The position numbers were made by a program, and so were the translations under genes. From Octopus sinensis (lineage: Eukaryota): a DNA stretch of 64,000 nt. This document shows, one piece after another, positions 38,551-54,167 of the stretch; position 1 is the stretch's first letter, and every line of letters starts with the position of its first letter. The notes below the pieces were generated by a model that was given only the letters and a program-made list of their open reading frames with translations, did not search any database and was not told the origin of the DNA. The stretch is from assembly GCF_006345805.1 (NCBI RefSeq), contig NC_043014.1, forward strand, positions 29,326,001 through 29,390,000, given 5' to 3'.

Positions 38551-38880
38551 CTAAGTCTGTGTGTGCATGCGTGTGTGTTGGTGCGTGTGTCTCTGAACGT
38601 GTGTCTGTGTGTATCTATATCTGTATGTGTGCATGTGTGTGTGTGTGTGTGTGTCTATATTTGCGTATGTGTGTGTATGTTATGGCTGCTGTGTTTGATT
38701 TTTTATTATGGCGACGGCGCCCATTCTGTGGTGTGTGTGTGTATGTGTGTGTGTGCGTGCGCGCTTGCGTATGTGTGTGCATGGCTAAGTCTGTGTGTGC
38801 ATGCGTGTGTGTTGGTGCGTGTGTCTGTGTGTATCTATCTCTGTATGTGTGCATGTGTGTGTGTGTCTATATTTGCGTAT
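38470..38880. repeat. ~210-bp imperfect tandem duplication in a (TG)-rich tract
   Basis: ttatggctgctgtgtttgatttt...atggcgacggcgcccattctgtg and ctaagtctgtgtgtgcatgcgtgtgtgttggtgcg each occur twice (from about 38470 and 38680). Confidence 0.85.
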
Positions 38881-39531
38881 GTGCAAGCGTATGTGTGTGT
38901 ATGTGTGCATTGTGATCGCTTGTGTATCTGTTTGAGCGAATGTGTTGGATTCGTGTGTAGTTTGATTTGTTGTGTATGTTATCCTTTACGCGCATGCGTG
39001 TTTGTGTTGGTAAAACAACTACAAGGATGTGGGGACAACAGAAGCGGGTAGATTTGTGTGTAGGTAAGTTTGTGTGAGAATGGGGTGCGAGATATGTGTG
39101 TGCTTATGAGTGTGTGTTTGTGTGTATGTGTGTGTGTATGTGTAAGTATGCATGTATGTATGTGGGTATGCGCATATGGGTATAGTCGAGAAAAGAATGG
39201 ATTCTGTTGGCGTGGGATACCTGTCTGCGCGAGAGTGTGCGTGTGTACGTGCGTACGTGTGCATGTATGTGTGTGTGTGTGTGCGTGTGTAGGGTATCAA
39301 GGAAGGATATGCGTCTGTGTGTCCGAGTATAAGACGGGTGCGTTTGTGTGTATGCATCTTCGTAACCAGGTTTACGCTTGGGTGTAAGTGTGGGTGTATA
39401 TCTGTATGTCTGGAGATCGGTTCACGTATTTATACATACATGTAAATGCATGGTTATGTAAATGCATTCTTGTGTATGTGTGTGGAGGTGTGTGGAGGTG
39501 TGTATCTATCTATCTATACATATATATATAT

Positions 39532-39758
39532 GGCGGCGAGCTGGTAGAAACGTTAACGCCCCGGGCGAAATGCTTAGCAGTATTTCGTCTGACGTTACGT
39601 TCTGAGTTCAAATTCCGCCGAGGTAGACTTTGCCTTTCATCCTTTCGGGATCGATAAATAAAGTACCAGTTTCGCACTGGGGTCGATGTAATCGACTTAA
39701 TCCCTTTGTCTGTCCTTGTTTGTCCCCTCTATGTTTAGCCCCTTGTGGGTAGTAAAGA

Positions 39759-39760
<2 letters not shown>
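39532..39760 (+). mobile_element. Full-length family-A SINE in (TA)n
   Basis: ggcggcgagctggtagaaacgttaac...gagttcaaattccgccgagg...ccccttgtgggtagtaaagaaa. Confidence 0.93.
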
Positions 39761-39794
<34 letters not shown>

Positions 39795-39816
39795 TATACA
39801 CACGCACACACACATA

Positions 39817-39882
<66 letters not shown>

Positions 39883-42024
39883 CGTATATATATATATACG
39901 TATATATATATAAATATATACACACACAATACCTTTATATATATTCACATATGTATATGATATATATGTATGTATATATATGTGTGTGTGTAAGTATGTA
40001 TGTATGTATGTATATATATATGTGTGTGTGTAAGTATGTATGTATGTATGTATATATATATGTGTGTGTGTATACGTATGTATGTATGTATGTATGTATG
40101 TATGTATGTATGTATGTATGTATGTATGTATGTATGTATGTATGTATGTATGTGTGTGTGCATGTATGAACGCAAGTATGTATGTATGTATGTGTGCTTG
40201 CATGCTTGTCTCTTGAAATTTATGTATACACACAAACGCACTATTTATATATGTGTGTGTGTGTATGTGTGTGTATGTATATATATACGTGCACACATAA
40301 TGCATATATATGTGCTTGTATGTGTGTGTGTATACAGCTGTGTGAATGGTATGTATACGAATGATTAGGCAGTATGGTGATGGTGGTAGAGGTAGAGAGG
40401 GTATCATCAGGTTAAAGCTATAAAACTGTCGTTCACGCACATAAAAAAAGAGATGGTGATGGTAGTGGTGGTGATGGTAGTGGTGGTGATGCTGGTGGTG
40501 GTGGTGGCGGTGGTGGTGGCCGTGGTGGTAGTGGTGGCGGTGTTTTGCGGGGGAGATGAAATGAACGGGGACGTAGGAACTCGGTGAGAGAGGGAGAGAG
40601 AAAGAGAGAGAGAGAGAGGGGGGAGAGAGAGAGAGAGAAGAGAAAGGCGTCTGGGGTGAATGAAGAGGGAGATGTTGGATGGTGGAGGCGGGGATGGGTG
40701 TAGAGTGGAAATACACGCTATCTTTATATGTTTTATCACCACATTCATCCGTACAATTCAAGTTCAGACGTACAGACGTAACATCTCTTCAAACATTTGC
40801 TTAAACGGACATACGTACATAGATACGCAAAACTTGACGATAAATGTCTACTTCACATTCACACATTCCGTGTTACACTTAGGCACACAGTAACACATGC
40901 AACACCTATTGACCTAGGAAATGGCGGACGGAAGTAAATATTATATAATTCGTGTACACAAAACATAAATGGATATACGCATGTTCACACACCCACGTGT
41001 GTGAATGACAGAGCAAATGGACGGTAACTTTAGAGACATACACACATATGCGTATATGCATGCATACACACATACATATATACATGTATACACACATACG
41101 TATATACATGCATGCAGATATATGCATATATACATATATACACATGCGCACAGAACACACACGTTAAACATGCATCCAAAGATGAAAAAAATGTCACGCA
41201 TCTATACACATATGCACATATATATATATATTCATATGTATGCAGCACACTAGCATAAGGACACATCTACTCACACATAAGACACCCACACTCCTAAAAC
41301 ACACACAAATATACACACAAGTATGCTCACTAATGTAGACACGTACACACGTGTACACACAGGTATTCGGGGTGACTTAAAATGGCAGCTAACACTTCCT
41401 AATTTATTCGTAATTTTGTATATGCTGTCATTTCATTCATTTCCTTCTCACTTATTCACTCTTTCACTTACTCTTTGACGCACTTATTCTCTCATTTACT
41501 CGTTCATTCAGTTACTTATTCATTTTCCCACTCATTTTCCCACTCATTCCCGAACTTCTTTCATTCAATCATTCTTCCCTCAACTATTTCTTTGTTCCAC
41601 TTACTGATATTTTACGTATTCGTTCCTTTCATTCATGTACTCATTCACCTTATTCATTTACTTATTGTTTTACTCATGCAATATATAATTAACTCTCTCC
41701 TTCCTTCACGGTGTCATACATTTATTCATTCATCTATTTCCGGTATCGGAAAAGGCTTCCTGTATAAACACATATATGTATATTGATATATTTGTACATA
41801 CTCATAGGCACTTAGACGTTTCGGCTTGCTCACTTTCATCACACTGTCTGAGAAAAGTGAGCAAAGCGAAACTTAGAAGTCACTCCCAACCTTTTCCTTT
41901 ACAAACGGTAATAGATATGCACCCTGTATTCAATAGAAAGTATTGAATAAAGTTTCAGTCTGGTATCAAATTGTTTTTATATAAAAATATAAAAACAAAC
42001 ATGAATATATAAATCTATACACTT

Positions 42025-42545
42025 TTACTCTTTTACTTGTTTCAGTCATTTGACTGTGGCCATGCTGGAGCACCGCTTTTGTTCGAGCAAATCGACCCCA
42101 GGACATATTCTTTGCAAGCCTAGTACTTATTCTATCGGTCTCTTTTGTTGAACCACTAAGTTACGGGGACGTAAACACACCAGCATCGGTTGTCAAGCGA
42201 TGTTAGGGCGAGAAACACAGACACAGAAACATATATACACGCATATTCACACACGCACACACACATATATAAATATATATATAAGTAAATAAATGGAATC
42301 GAACGCAGATGTTATTTACTTATATTATACAAATTACTGCACATTAACCCGGAGTTTCTACCTTTGAATAGGTCGCTACATCCTCGTTACTTGCGTGAAT
42401 TTTGCTACCCTGGCAACTGTTTATTGAATTTTCCATGTTAACTGTAAACAAAGGATAATTCATTCATCCATTTATATATATGGGACTGAACCCGGAACCA
42501 TGTGGTTGGTAAGCAAGCTACTTACCACACACCCACTCCTACGAC
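42025..42545 (-). mobile_element. Split family-B SINE (3' half about 42025-42230, head about 42481-42545)
   Basis: The halves are separated by unrelated sequence and the middle segment is missing. Confidence 0.75.
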
Positions 42546-42989
42546 TATGTGTGTGTATATATATATAAATATATACATATATATATATAAATGTATGTAC
42601 GTACGTATGTATGTATGTATGTATGTATGTATGTATGTATGTATGTATGTATGTATGTATGTATGTATGTATGTATGTATGTATCGCAGTCTGGTAAGCT
42701 CTACTTTTTCAAATCCCTTTGAGCTGAAATTATGATGTAAAACTCTACATGGAATGAAACTCTCACTCCTTCCTCGCCTTTCTCTCCTTCGATATATTCC
42801 CTTCTCCCTGCCCAATTCCTCAACACTCACGCTATTTCTTTCATACACAGATCAGAGACCATTTCACTGTTAACCTTTATAGGAATGTATTTTTTAAATA
42901 TTTGGATTCTAAAATTTGATCCCTTAAAAACAAAACAAACTGCAGTTGCTCATGAAACAATGCAATTTATATATTTTTTTATTTTTTAA

Positions 42990-43945
<956 letters not shown>

Positions 43946-43965
43946 TTGTTATTATTATTATTATT

Positions 43966-46233
43966 CTATGTTTGACTTTTGCTTTATATTTTGTACAAGT
44001 TGGCTCCAAGTCTCACCCAGAGACCTCAAGAGACAACAGGGTTGGAAGTTCATGTTGTTGTTATGCCTAGTGTGCCATATATTTGGGGGGTGGGGATGTT
44101 GTACTAATGAATGTCTAAAGAAAAAAAAGTTGTTTTTTTTTTTATTTTAAACCGAAAATTATGTTTGTTTTAAACCTTGAGATTACATAGAGAGTATTTT
44201 GCGTAGGATTGAGCAGTTCCCATGAGCACTATCTTTTGAACTTCTGCCATTTTTGGGTTTCCTGGTATCTGAGTTAGGTAGCTATCAGCCCCTTTTGCTA
44301 TCATTCCCAGGGCACCTATGACAACAGGTATTGTTTTAGTCTTCAGCTTCCACATTTTGCTGATTTCTATTTCAAGATCTTTATATTTGCTCAGTTTTTG
44401 GTAAGTCTTGACAGATACGTTTATATCGATTGGGACAGTCATATCAATGAGGAGGCATGTTCTTTGTTTGAAGTCTTTCAATATGATGTCTGGCCTATTT
44501 GCATCTATCTTCCTGTCAGTTTGAATGGTGAAGTTCCAGAAGAGTGAGATGTGGTCATTTTCAAGCACTGGGGGTGGTTTGTGTTCCCACCAGTTTTTTT
44601 TCATGGGGCAAATCCAGGTTTTTACAGATTACCCAGTGAATATATTGTGCAACTCTATCGTGCCTGTTGAGATACTCTGTAGGCGCTAGAAGACTGCACT
44701 TGGAGACCACATGGTCAATGGTTTCATTTTGTTGCTTGCATACACGACACGTTGGACTGCTTCTGATCTTTAATATGTTGGCCTGGTAGTTTCTTGTTGG
44801 TAGGCATTGATCTTGAGCTGCTATGATAAACCCCTCTGTTTCAGATTTTAAGCCAGAGGCCATTAGCCATTGATGGGTCAGGCTTTGTCGATATCTGCAT
44901 TATTCGCTCTCTTTGGGTATTTGCCATAGAGAGGTTTTTCTTGCCATTTATTATTCAGAATATCTAAGGCCGCAGTTTTGGCACGGGTTTTCATGCGCCT
45001 AGCTTTTTCTGTGCTTGTTTCTTGTATATCTATCTCTAATTCCGAAATTGGTTGTATTCGGAATTCACTTAGATATTCCTTTGCCTGTTTTGTGACTGAG
45101 TATGATGCTTTCTTGTTTTCATGTTTTGAGACAAGTTTTAACATCCAGTCCTCAGAGTTTTTCAGGTAGGTGTCTAGGCCAATTGTAGCAATCTTCATTG
45201 TTATTGCCAGTTGCAAAAGACCACGGCCTCCCTCTTTTCTTGGCAGATAGAGTCGTTCTGTATCTGCCTTAGGGTGGTGCATTCTATGCATTGTCAACAG
45301 TTTCCTTATTTTTCTGTCGAGCTGACATATTTCAGTAATTGACCAGTTAACAATATTGAAACTGTAAGTCACGACTTGTATAGCTAATGCATTGATCGCT
45401 TCGATCCTGTTTCTTGCATTCAGCTCTGTCTTGAGTATTGCTCTCACTCTTCGATAGCATTCTCTCCTGATCCTTTCCTTCATCTCTGAATGCCTTATTC
45501 CGTTCCCTTCAATTACCCCTAGGTACTTGTAGCTCTCCGCTGGGTCTAGTTCTTTTATGACATTCTGTTAGTCAAGGTTAACGTTAGATGTTTCTGTCAT
45601 TTTTCCTTTGATAAAGGTAGCCTTTGCACATTTATCGAGGCCGAATTGCATTCTGATGTCGTCACTGAATTGTTTGACTATCGCTAGTTGTTGATCATTT
45701 TTTGCAAAAAGCTTTAAATCATCCATGTAAACGAGATGATTTATATTTTTATCAAACATTTTATACCCGTACTGCGCGTCATTGAGCAGCTTTGAGAGAG
45801 GTATTAAGGATAAACAAAAGAGGAGTGGTGACAGTGAGTCACCCTGGAAAATCCACACGAAATTTTTACATCACCAGCATTTAGGGATTCACTGTCACTG
45901 TTCAGAGTTAGTGTGGTTCTCCATGATCTCATACTTACAGTCAAGAAGTTTCGCAGAGTTGGTGCTATCTTATACATTTCAAGGCATTTCCTAATCCAGC
46001 TATGTGGTAGCTATCAAAAGCCTTTTTATAGTCTATCCAGGCTATTGATAAGTTTTTGTGTCGTTTGTGACAATCTTCTAAGATCATCTTATTGATGAGT
46101 AGTTGGTCTTTACAGCCGTAGGATCCACGTTTACATCCTTTCTGTTCATTAGGGAATATGCTGCTGTCTGTTAAAAAACTATAGGTATATTCCGTCAGGA
46201 CAGATGTTAGTGTTTTGTACATAGTTGTTAAGC
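43966..46233 (-). mobile_element. 5'-truncated Dong/R4 LINE, same subfamily as 16201-18021
   Basis: LTTMYKTLTS, EQKGCKRGSYGCKDQLLINK, AWIDYKKAFDS, IFQGDSLSPLL, YMDD, CRVC..HVVSKC..RHD, NRPDIILKD...IDMTVP...KYKDL; same 3' UTR ending caaacatag(aat)n; (AAT)n on both sides. Confidence 0.96.
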
Positions 46234-46266
46234 TATTATTATTATTATTGTTATTACTACTACTAC

Positions 46267-46345
<79 letters not shown>

Positions 46346-48120
46346 TTCATTATCATCCTCTTTCAATTGTGTTTCTATTTGTTGCCTAGTGTCTTCCTGA
46401 CACCTAGAGCAGAGGACCACACTGTATACATTGTTAGGCCATTAAAATAAACGCACCAGATTGTTCGTTTACAAAGTCATGTGACAGAGGAAAAGGGGAA
46501 GAAAGACAGAGAGAAAAATAGGAAAAAATTAAAAATAGAAGTGTAAACAAAATAAAAGAGTAAAAAAGGAAAGAAAATTCACAGCGACAATGCTCTTCTC
46601 AGAGTAGGTGTGACGTACCAGTTAAGATAATCTTATGCACTTCTTGCATGGATGGTAAACTAGGGATCACTCTTAGAAAATTTTCAATCCCTTTTTTGAA
46701 CATTCCAAGTGCTCCTACAATCACCGGTATTGTAACCGTCTTGAGATGTCCCATCTTTTCGATTAGCAAATCTTTATATTTTCTGAGCTTATCAAATTCT
46801 TTTGTCGCGATATTATGGTCACAGGGTATGCTCATGTCAATCAATAAATAGACTTTATTATTTTGGTATTTCACAACAATATCTGATTTATTTGCTTTGA
46901 TAGTCTTGTCTATATATACTGGGAAGTCCGAAAGAATCGTTACATTTCTCCCTCAGTTTCAACCTCGGGGTAGTGCTTGTCAGCAGTTTTGATTTTATAT
47001 TGCCGGCACATTATCCAATGTAGATATTGGCCAAGTCTGTCATGTCATGATTTGTACTCTATAAGTGCTGAAACCTTAAACCCAGAGATTAGATGGCCCA
47101 CTGCTTCAACGCTGTTTCAACGCTTGATAGTTCCGGGTCAATAAGCTCTGATGTTGAGCAGCCAAAATAGTCTTCACACTCTACCTTTAGCTCTGAGGTC
47201 CATAGCCCCTGATGGGTGTGCATCTGGTCTACATCAGCTTGTTTGCTGCGGGCCACATATTTGTCATGCAGAGATTTTTGTTCCTAACTATCAGCCAATT
47301 GTTCGAACACATTTTGCTTTACTATTGATTTCACCTTTGCAACTACAGATGCCGCACTTCCATCATGGTGTTCAGCCTGGGTATTATGCATAAACTCACT
47401 TGAAAATTTTTTGCTCTCCTTCATAACAGAATGAAGCTTCTTACGTCTTTCGTGGCTTTCAACGACCTTTAGCATCGAGATTTTAGATGTTTCAAAATAT
47501 TTTGCCAGTCTAATTGTGGTGGTTTTGAAAGAGATTTCAAATTGGATCAAGCCTCGACCTCCTTGAGCTCTAGGTAGGTAAAGACGATCTGTATCTGCCT
47601 CTGGATGATGCATCTTGTCTCAAGTCAGCAGCTTACGGATGTTCGTGTCAATCTTCCTTATTTCGCTCATATTCCAGTTCAAAACATTGACACTGTATAT
47701 AAAAACCGGAACTTCTAAGGAACTTCTAGCTAACACCTTCTTACGTGCATTTAACTGGGATTTTAGGAATGCGCGAACTCTCCTGTAACATTCCCTCCTG
47801 ATCTTCTCTTTCATGCTTGCATACTGAATGCCAGAGCCCTCATTTATTCCGAAGTATTTGTAAGTTTGTTCTTGCTAGAGTTCTTTTAAGACTGTCAACA
47901 TCCAACACTACTGTATGTGACCTCTTCAATTTCCATTTCTTGAAAATGACCTTGGCACATTTATCAAGACCAAATTCTACCCCGATGTAGTAGTTCTTCA
48001 AGCTCATTAGCGTATTTACCATAGATCTTTAAATAATCCATATAAAACAGATAACTATTTTCTTGTCGCCAATTTTATATCCATAACCTGTTCTGTTAAG
48101 TTCACTTGCAAGGGGTATTG
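46346..48120 (-). mobile_element. Older, diverged Dong/R4 LINE (second subfamily)
   Basis: GYGYKIGDKK...FYMDYLK, FGLDKCAK, RRECYRRVR, RLYLPRAQGGRGL, IDMSIPCDHN..KLRKYKDL, IPVIVGALG; different 3' UTR ending gataatgaa(aat)n. Confidence 0.9.
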
Positions 48121-48980
48121 GAACTCATCTCTTAGGGGTTGATTAAATAGGAACCAGTTGAAAACTGGGGTCGATGTAATCGACTTATCCCTTCCTCGAA
48201 ATTGCTGGCCTTGTGCCAAAATTTGAAATCGTTGTTGTCGTGGTTGCTGCTGCTGTTGTTTTACTACTATTTAGTATCCTATTATTATTTATACACCCTG
48301 GTACCCCTACATAAAGAGATAAACCATAAATTATTTCTCAGACTCATTTGCTGGTTCACTCTTTTGCCTATCGACTTGTCGCTTCACACTGCAAAGTGGT
48401 ATGATTCTAATATATTGAGCATTCTGGCCTCATCTCGAGGCCCTGTTCTTTCCTCTTCCCTCTTCCCCTCGTTTATTTTATATTATGTATTTGTATTCAC
48501 TCTCATGAAGCTCCATGTACTAGATCGTATTGGCTGTAAATATGGCGAATATCATTTTAGGAATATTCTTTGTAAGCACCAACTGACATTGGCAGCCGAA
48601 ACGGCCGTAAGAAATGTTATGTAATATTATGTTATGTTTTGTATTAAAAAACAAATTGACCGATGTTGGCCAATTTGTTGATCAAATGATCCACTTCTGT
48701 TTATTTAAATTTGATTCCTGATAAACTTTTGTTTATTCAGTTATTTTCTGTACCATATGACCATAGTATGCTTGCATAAGCATGCCTAGGAATAACATAT
48801 GTGAATGAAACCGGTAGTGAGGACAGATATTCTTATCCCTTAGAGGGTTATTCCAACCGCTAACTCTGGTAAGATATATAATATATATGCGGGGATGCCC
48901 CATCATAGCACAGCTCGTGAGTTGAAACTATATATAAATAAAATAAAATAATATATATATATATACAAACACATACATAC

Positions 48981-49019
<39 letters not shown>

Positions 49020-49021
49020 GG

Positions 49022-49085
<64 letters not shown>

Positions 49086-49197
49086 TTATATATATACAAA
49101 TATATGTGTGTCTATAATATACAGGTATGGATATATATGTGTGTCTGTGTATATATACATGTATATGGATATCTTTCTCTCTCTCTCTATATATATA

Positions 49198-49262
<65 letters not shown>

Positions 49263-49735
49263 AAATTTAGAGGACTGAAACTAAAAAATGGACAGCCTAT
49301 ATGCTAGATATAGACGTCAACGTCGCCATTTTCCACGAAGAATGTGTTTTCATGAAAAAATTCAGCAAAAAACCAAAGTGTAAAAATAAGCAGGACAAAT
49401 GACAATATACGAAATAAAAAAACCATTACCGATGTACTAATTAGTTTCACTTATTTACGTATATGGATACGCAAACATCTGCAAGATCATCTGCATAGTC
49501 TGTCGTTTACAAAACATAATTCCCAGAACTAGACGCAGAATGCTCGACCGAAATCTAGCATGTATAAAGTTCAACAAATTATATTAATGTGTATCCTTCA
49601 AATGCCTTCACTGTGGCGCGCTGAGTTTATTAACTGCAGAGTAAATTTCCGATCTCATACATATGTATGAATGTATGTATGTATGTATGTATGTATGTAT
49701 GTATGTATGTATGTATGTATGTATGTATGTATGTA

Positions 49736-49775
<40 letters not shown>

Positions 49776-49898
49776 TATATATATATATTATGTATGTATG
49801 TATGTATATATATGCATATATATATATACAGATAGACACGCAGACATGCACAAAGAGACACACATTTATAAGTGCATATATATATATATACATATATA

Positions 49899-50093
49899 TA
49901 TTTCTTTACTACCCACAAGGAGCTAAACACAGAGGGGACAAACAAGGACAGACAAACGGATTAAGTCGATCACATCGACCCCAGTGCGTAACTGGTACTT
50001 AATTTATCGACCCCGAAAGGATGAAAGGCAAAGTCGACCTCGGCGGAATTTGAACTCGGAACGTAACGACAGATGAAATACGGCTATGCATTT
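49899..50093 (-). mobile_element. Family-A SINE, 5'-truncated
   Basis: Near-consensus body and long tail. Confidence 0.9.
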
Positions 50094-51330
50094 GTGTGTG
50101 TGTGTGGGGGGGGGTGTTCGTGAGTGTGTTTTCGTTCGTGAAAAGCTACCACTAGCTTTATCATCAACATACTGAACATCCCCAGAATAACCATTGATGT
50201 TGTAATTTCACTTCCATCATTACCAAGACAGACATGAATGATACTACATCGGCCAACACAAGCAACAACTGGACACACAGCGCCGAGAACTCCATTCGTC
50301 TCCCCTGACCTCGCTGACATTATCGATGCTACTAATACCCAAATCGGCACAATCACCTCACCATCACTACTACTACAACCTTTACCCTAACTCTAATGGC
50401 CACTACTATTATTATGTTTCCAATACAAACCACACTACTACCAACACCCTACAGTTATAACTACAACCGTGATATTTTCGCCAGGATAGAATTTTGTATT
50501 TCTGCCAAAATCATATCCACTTCAGCATCACCAAGTCCTATCATTAGTTACACCACTGCTATGCCACTAGCAACACTATACTATAACCACCACTATACTA
50601 CACTGCTGCCTATACTACTATAACTACTACTACTATTACTACTATTACCGCTAATACTACCTCTACACTGCAACAACCACCTCTGCCACTATCACGAGCA
50701 CTACTACACCCGTAACACCGCTAGAACGATACTGCTACCACCACTACCACCACCACCACAACCACCACCACTACCACCATCACACAAACTCCACTACAGT
50801 TTAAACTATTTTGCAATTGCCACTATATGGACGAGTTCCCAAGGTGAATGTTTCTACGTGGATGTACGAGCTGCTAGAAAGAACACCCAAACCGCTCAAA
50901 GTGGAGACTATTGTCTTATACAGAGCACATTATATAATATGGACATACGTACCGCTAAAAGAAAAAGACAAAATGGTGACCATTTTGTTGAGCATATGTT
51001 CGTTCAAGAATGACCTGGGGTTAAATAACAACATCACTATCACCACCACTGTTACCACAGCAACTGTCAACACCACCACCGCCAACACCACCACCAACAA
51101 CAGCAACACCAATACCAACAATACCGCCACTTACATTGCTTATACACGTGGGTAGGCAGAAAACCTTATATAGAGTTAGTAGTTTTCTATCTCTCTCCCT
51201 CTCTCTTCCTCTCTGTCTCTCCTTTTCTCTCTTCTCCAGACATGCACACAGACACATATGCACACATACAAAGACATACACAAACATACATAAACACAAA
51301 CATATACATATAGGTTTATATATATATACA

Positions 51331-51430
51331 NNNNNNNNNNNNNNNNNNNNNNNNNNNNNNNNNNNNNNNNNNNNNNNNNNNNNNNNNNNNNNNNNNNNNN
51401 NNNNNNNNNNNNNNNNNNNNNNNNNNNNNN
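51331..51430. other. Assembly gap (100 N)
   Basis: Run of exactly 100 N, the usual placeholder for a gap of unknown size. Confidence 0.99.
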
Positions 51431-51797
51431 GCCCAAAGTGGCATGCATTGGAAACGAACCTGGAAAGCAGCAAACTTCTTAGCACACAGTTACGCTTGCG
51501 CCTATATGTTCATACTCTTTATACTCGGAATTCACATCTGATCGAGGTCAATTTTGCATTCTATTCTATCGGAGTCAGTAATATAAAGAATCTATCAAGC
51601 ACTGCGTTGATGTAATCGCCCGATTCTTTCCTCCAGTTTACAGGCCAGGTACTTCTGCCAGTATTTTCCACCCCTCTCCCTCTGGAGCTCCATGTATTCC
51701 AATATTCTTATCCCATTCCATGTCTCAATATCATTGAGTCAGTTTCTTCTTCGTTGCCTTCTCTTTCAACCTTGTATTTACCAAACATGTTTGTATA

Positions 51798-52205
51798 GGC
51801 GCAGGAGTGGCTGTGTGGTAAGTAGCTTGCTAACCAACCACATGGTTCCGGGTTCAGTCCCACTGCGTGGCATCTTGGGGAAGTGTCTTCTACTATAGAC
51901 CCGGGCCGACCAATGCCTTGTGAGTGGATTTGGTAGATGGAAACTGAAAAAAGCCTGTCGTATATATGTATATATATGTATGTGTGTGTGTTTGTGTGTC
52001 TGTGTTCGTTCCCCTAGCATTGCTTGACAACCGATGCTGGTGTGTTTACGTCCCCGTCACTTAGCGGTTCGGCAAAAAGAGACCGATAGAATAAGTACTG
52101 GGCTTACAAAAAGAATAAGTCCCGGGGTCGAGTTGCTCGACTAAAGGCGGTGCTCCAGCATGGCCGCAGTCAAATGACTGAAACAAATAAAAGAGTAAAG
52201 AGTAA
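51798..52205 (+). mobile_element. Full-length family-B SINE
   Basis: Complete head, internal (TA)/(TG) tract and 3' half. Confidence 0.93.
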
Positions 52206-52685
52206 GAGAGCCTAGTCATTCCACTGATGTGACCAAACTGCCGCATATTCCTTCATCTTATTTCGTCTATAAGATTTACTCTCTTCCCAAGCAACATATA
52301 AATTGAACTAAGACTGATGAGTTCAGTAGTCTTTCTATGTAATGCTAAAAAGCTACGAAAATTTCTAATTCCAATCTCGATGAAATAATTTTCTATGTTT
52401 CTATACAATATATATAACTCAGCCTTCATAATAGTCTTAGTGCTGTTGTTCGTCGCAATGTTCTTGCTATTTCTGTTTTTTATCTTTACTTTGTTATGAA
52501 TAGCAGACAAGTAACTATCTTTTGATACAGACATAACACAGGCTACGCTTTCAGGTTTTTTGGATAAAGTTTACATGAATAACCCAGCAGGTTTACTACT
52601 AATTCCATGAAACATTCAAAGGACTGTAAATATAATAAAATCTTTAACAGACGTAATTCATGTATATATATGTGTAAAAATTCGA

Positions 52686-52920
52686 ACGAGGTCGTTGCCA
52701 GTACCGCCTAACTGGTCCCCGTGCCGGTGGCACGTAAAAGCACCCACTACACTCTCGGAGTGGTTGGCGTTAGGAAGGGCATCCAGCTGTAGAAACTCTG
52801 CCAGATCAAGACTGAAGCTTGGTGCAGCCATCTGGTTCGCCAGCCCACAGTCAAACTGTCCAACCCATGCTAGCATGGAAAGCGGACCTTAAACGACGAC
52901 GACGACGACGACGACGACTT
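52686..52920 (+). mobile_element. 3' end of a retroposon with a (GAC)n tail (RTE-type 3' end)
   Basis: ggagtggttggcgttaggaagggcatccagctgtagaaac...ccatgctagcatggaaagcggaccttaaa(cga)n. The family assignment is inferred. Confidence 0.65.
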
Positions 52921-53399
52921 GATAAATTGAGTTGTCCTCATTATGTTGATTTCGCTTGTTATATTTTCATTGATAAGAGAGACCAAGTCAGTAATTCACT
53001 GATAACATCAGAATGTCAACGGTTTGAACTGCGCCTATATTAGTGTAGTTGTTTGTTCTGCTTGCTACTTTCCTGTCACCGTTGCCTGACTTCTTTACAC
53101 GGGTGATGTCCACATCATATTCATTTGAAGCAGTAAGTACTCTTATTGTGATAGCAAATAATTTGTCTTTGAAACTGGATAACATTCACAGTTGTCCGCA
53201 AATCTTAGGCTGGTAGATCATTCTTCCAGCAATCTTCAATGCTTTCAGAATCTCGAAGATTAGCTGTCAATATTTTTTCGAGAAATAGATTGAAAAGTCT
53301 TTCTAACTCTGCTGCTTATTTCAAACTATTGCATTGTTTCATTGTTGTTTAGAAGTATACAAATACTATTCTCATAGTACCCGCAATATTCCTATTAAA

Positions 53400-53990
53400 T
53401 CTAATTGCTAAAGAACTAACACAAAAATTCTTACATGAAACAAATGGAAGAAGCTTGTACAGTCCTAGGTAATGCAATGCAGGGAAAACTATATTGGATG
53501 ACGGAAGACATTCTAGACTAAGTGTGATGATACAAGCGCAATGAAAGCCAAGAAGAGAGGGGAAAATCACACCAAGCTGAAAACATGGATGTCTGACAAC
53601 AAATAAAAGAGATTATGGAGAATTATATATAAAAGAAAGGAGGAGAGTTGCAAAAAGGGGTTGAGAGAAATACTAGACTGTCAAAAAGCTTACGCAACCA
53701 TCATTAGACGAAAAGAAAAAGAAGCTGCAACAACTACTGGTGAAGACAAAAATAGTAACATACTGAAGACAGGAAACAAATTTAGAAAAAAAGCTCCGCA
53801 TAACATATGAAGAAACTATACACTTGTGTAGTTTGGATTGATTCGACCGTTCTGCACACTCTAGAACAAGAAGAACCACTAAATGCGAATAAACAGCTGG
53901 AGACACATTCTGAAGAATAAATTAGAAACAGTAAGACATTCGAAAACCAGGAAGCCAGAAGTGAGCAATTATGTGAAAGAATATGATAGA
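53400..53990 (+). pseudogene. Decayed RTE-type LINE ORF2 (linker between endonuclease and RT)
   Basis: VLG...WMTEDILD.CD, EDKNSNILK, ILK..LETVRHSKTRK (cf. W(M/I)T.EIL, I.DKNG.IL, EV..A...LK.GK in RTE elements). Confidence 0.55.
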
Positions 53991-54157
53991 AATGTTGCAC
54001 TAAATGTGTACGTTTGTTTGTTCGTGTGTGTGTGTGTGTGTGTGTATTTGTTTGTGTCTGTTTGTTTGTGTGTGTATGTGTGTGTGTGTGTTTATGTTGT
54101 GGTGGAATCCTGACATCCCTGTAGAATAGCAAGTCAACTGTCCTAAACCGTATGAAG

Positions 54158-54167
54158 GCGCATGCGC
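54158..54167. promoter_or_regulatory. NRF1-type palindrome GCGCATGCGC in unique sequence
   Basis: Exact motif outside a simple repeat; any function is unverified. Confidence 0.25.
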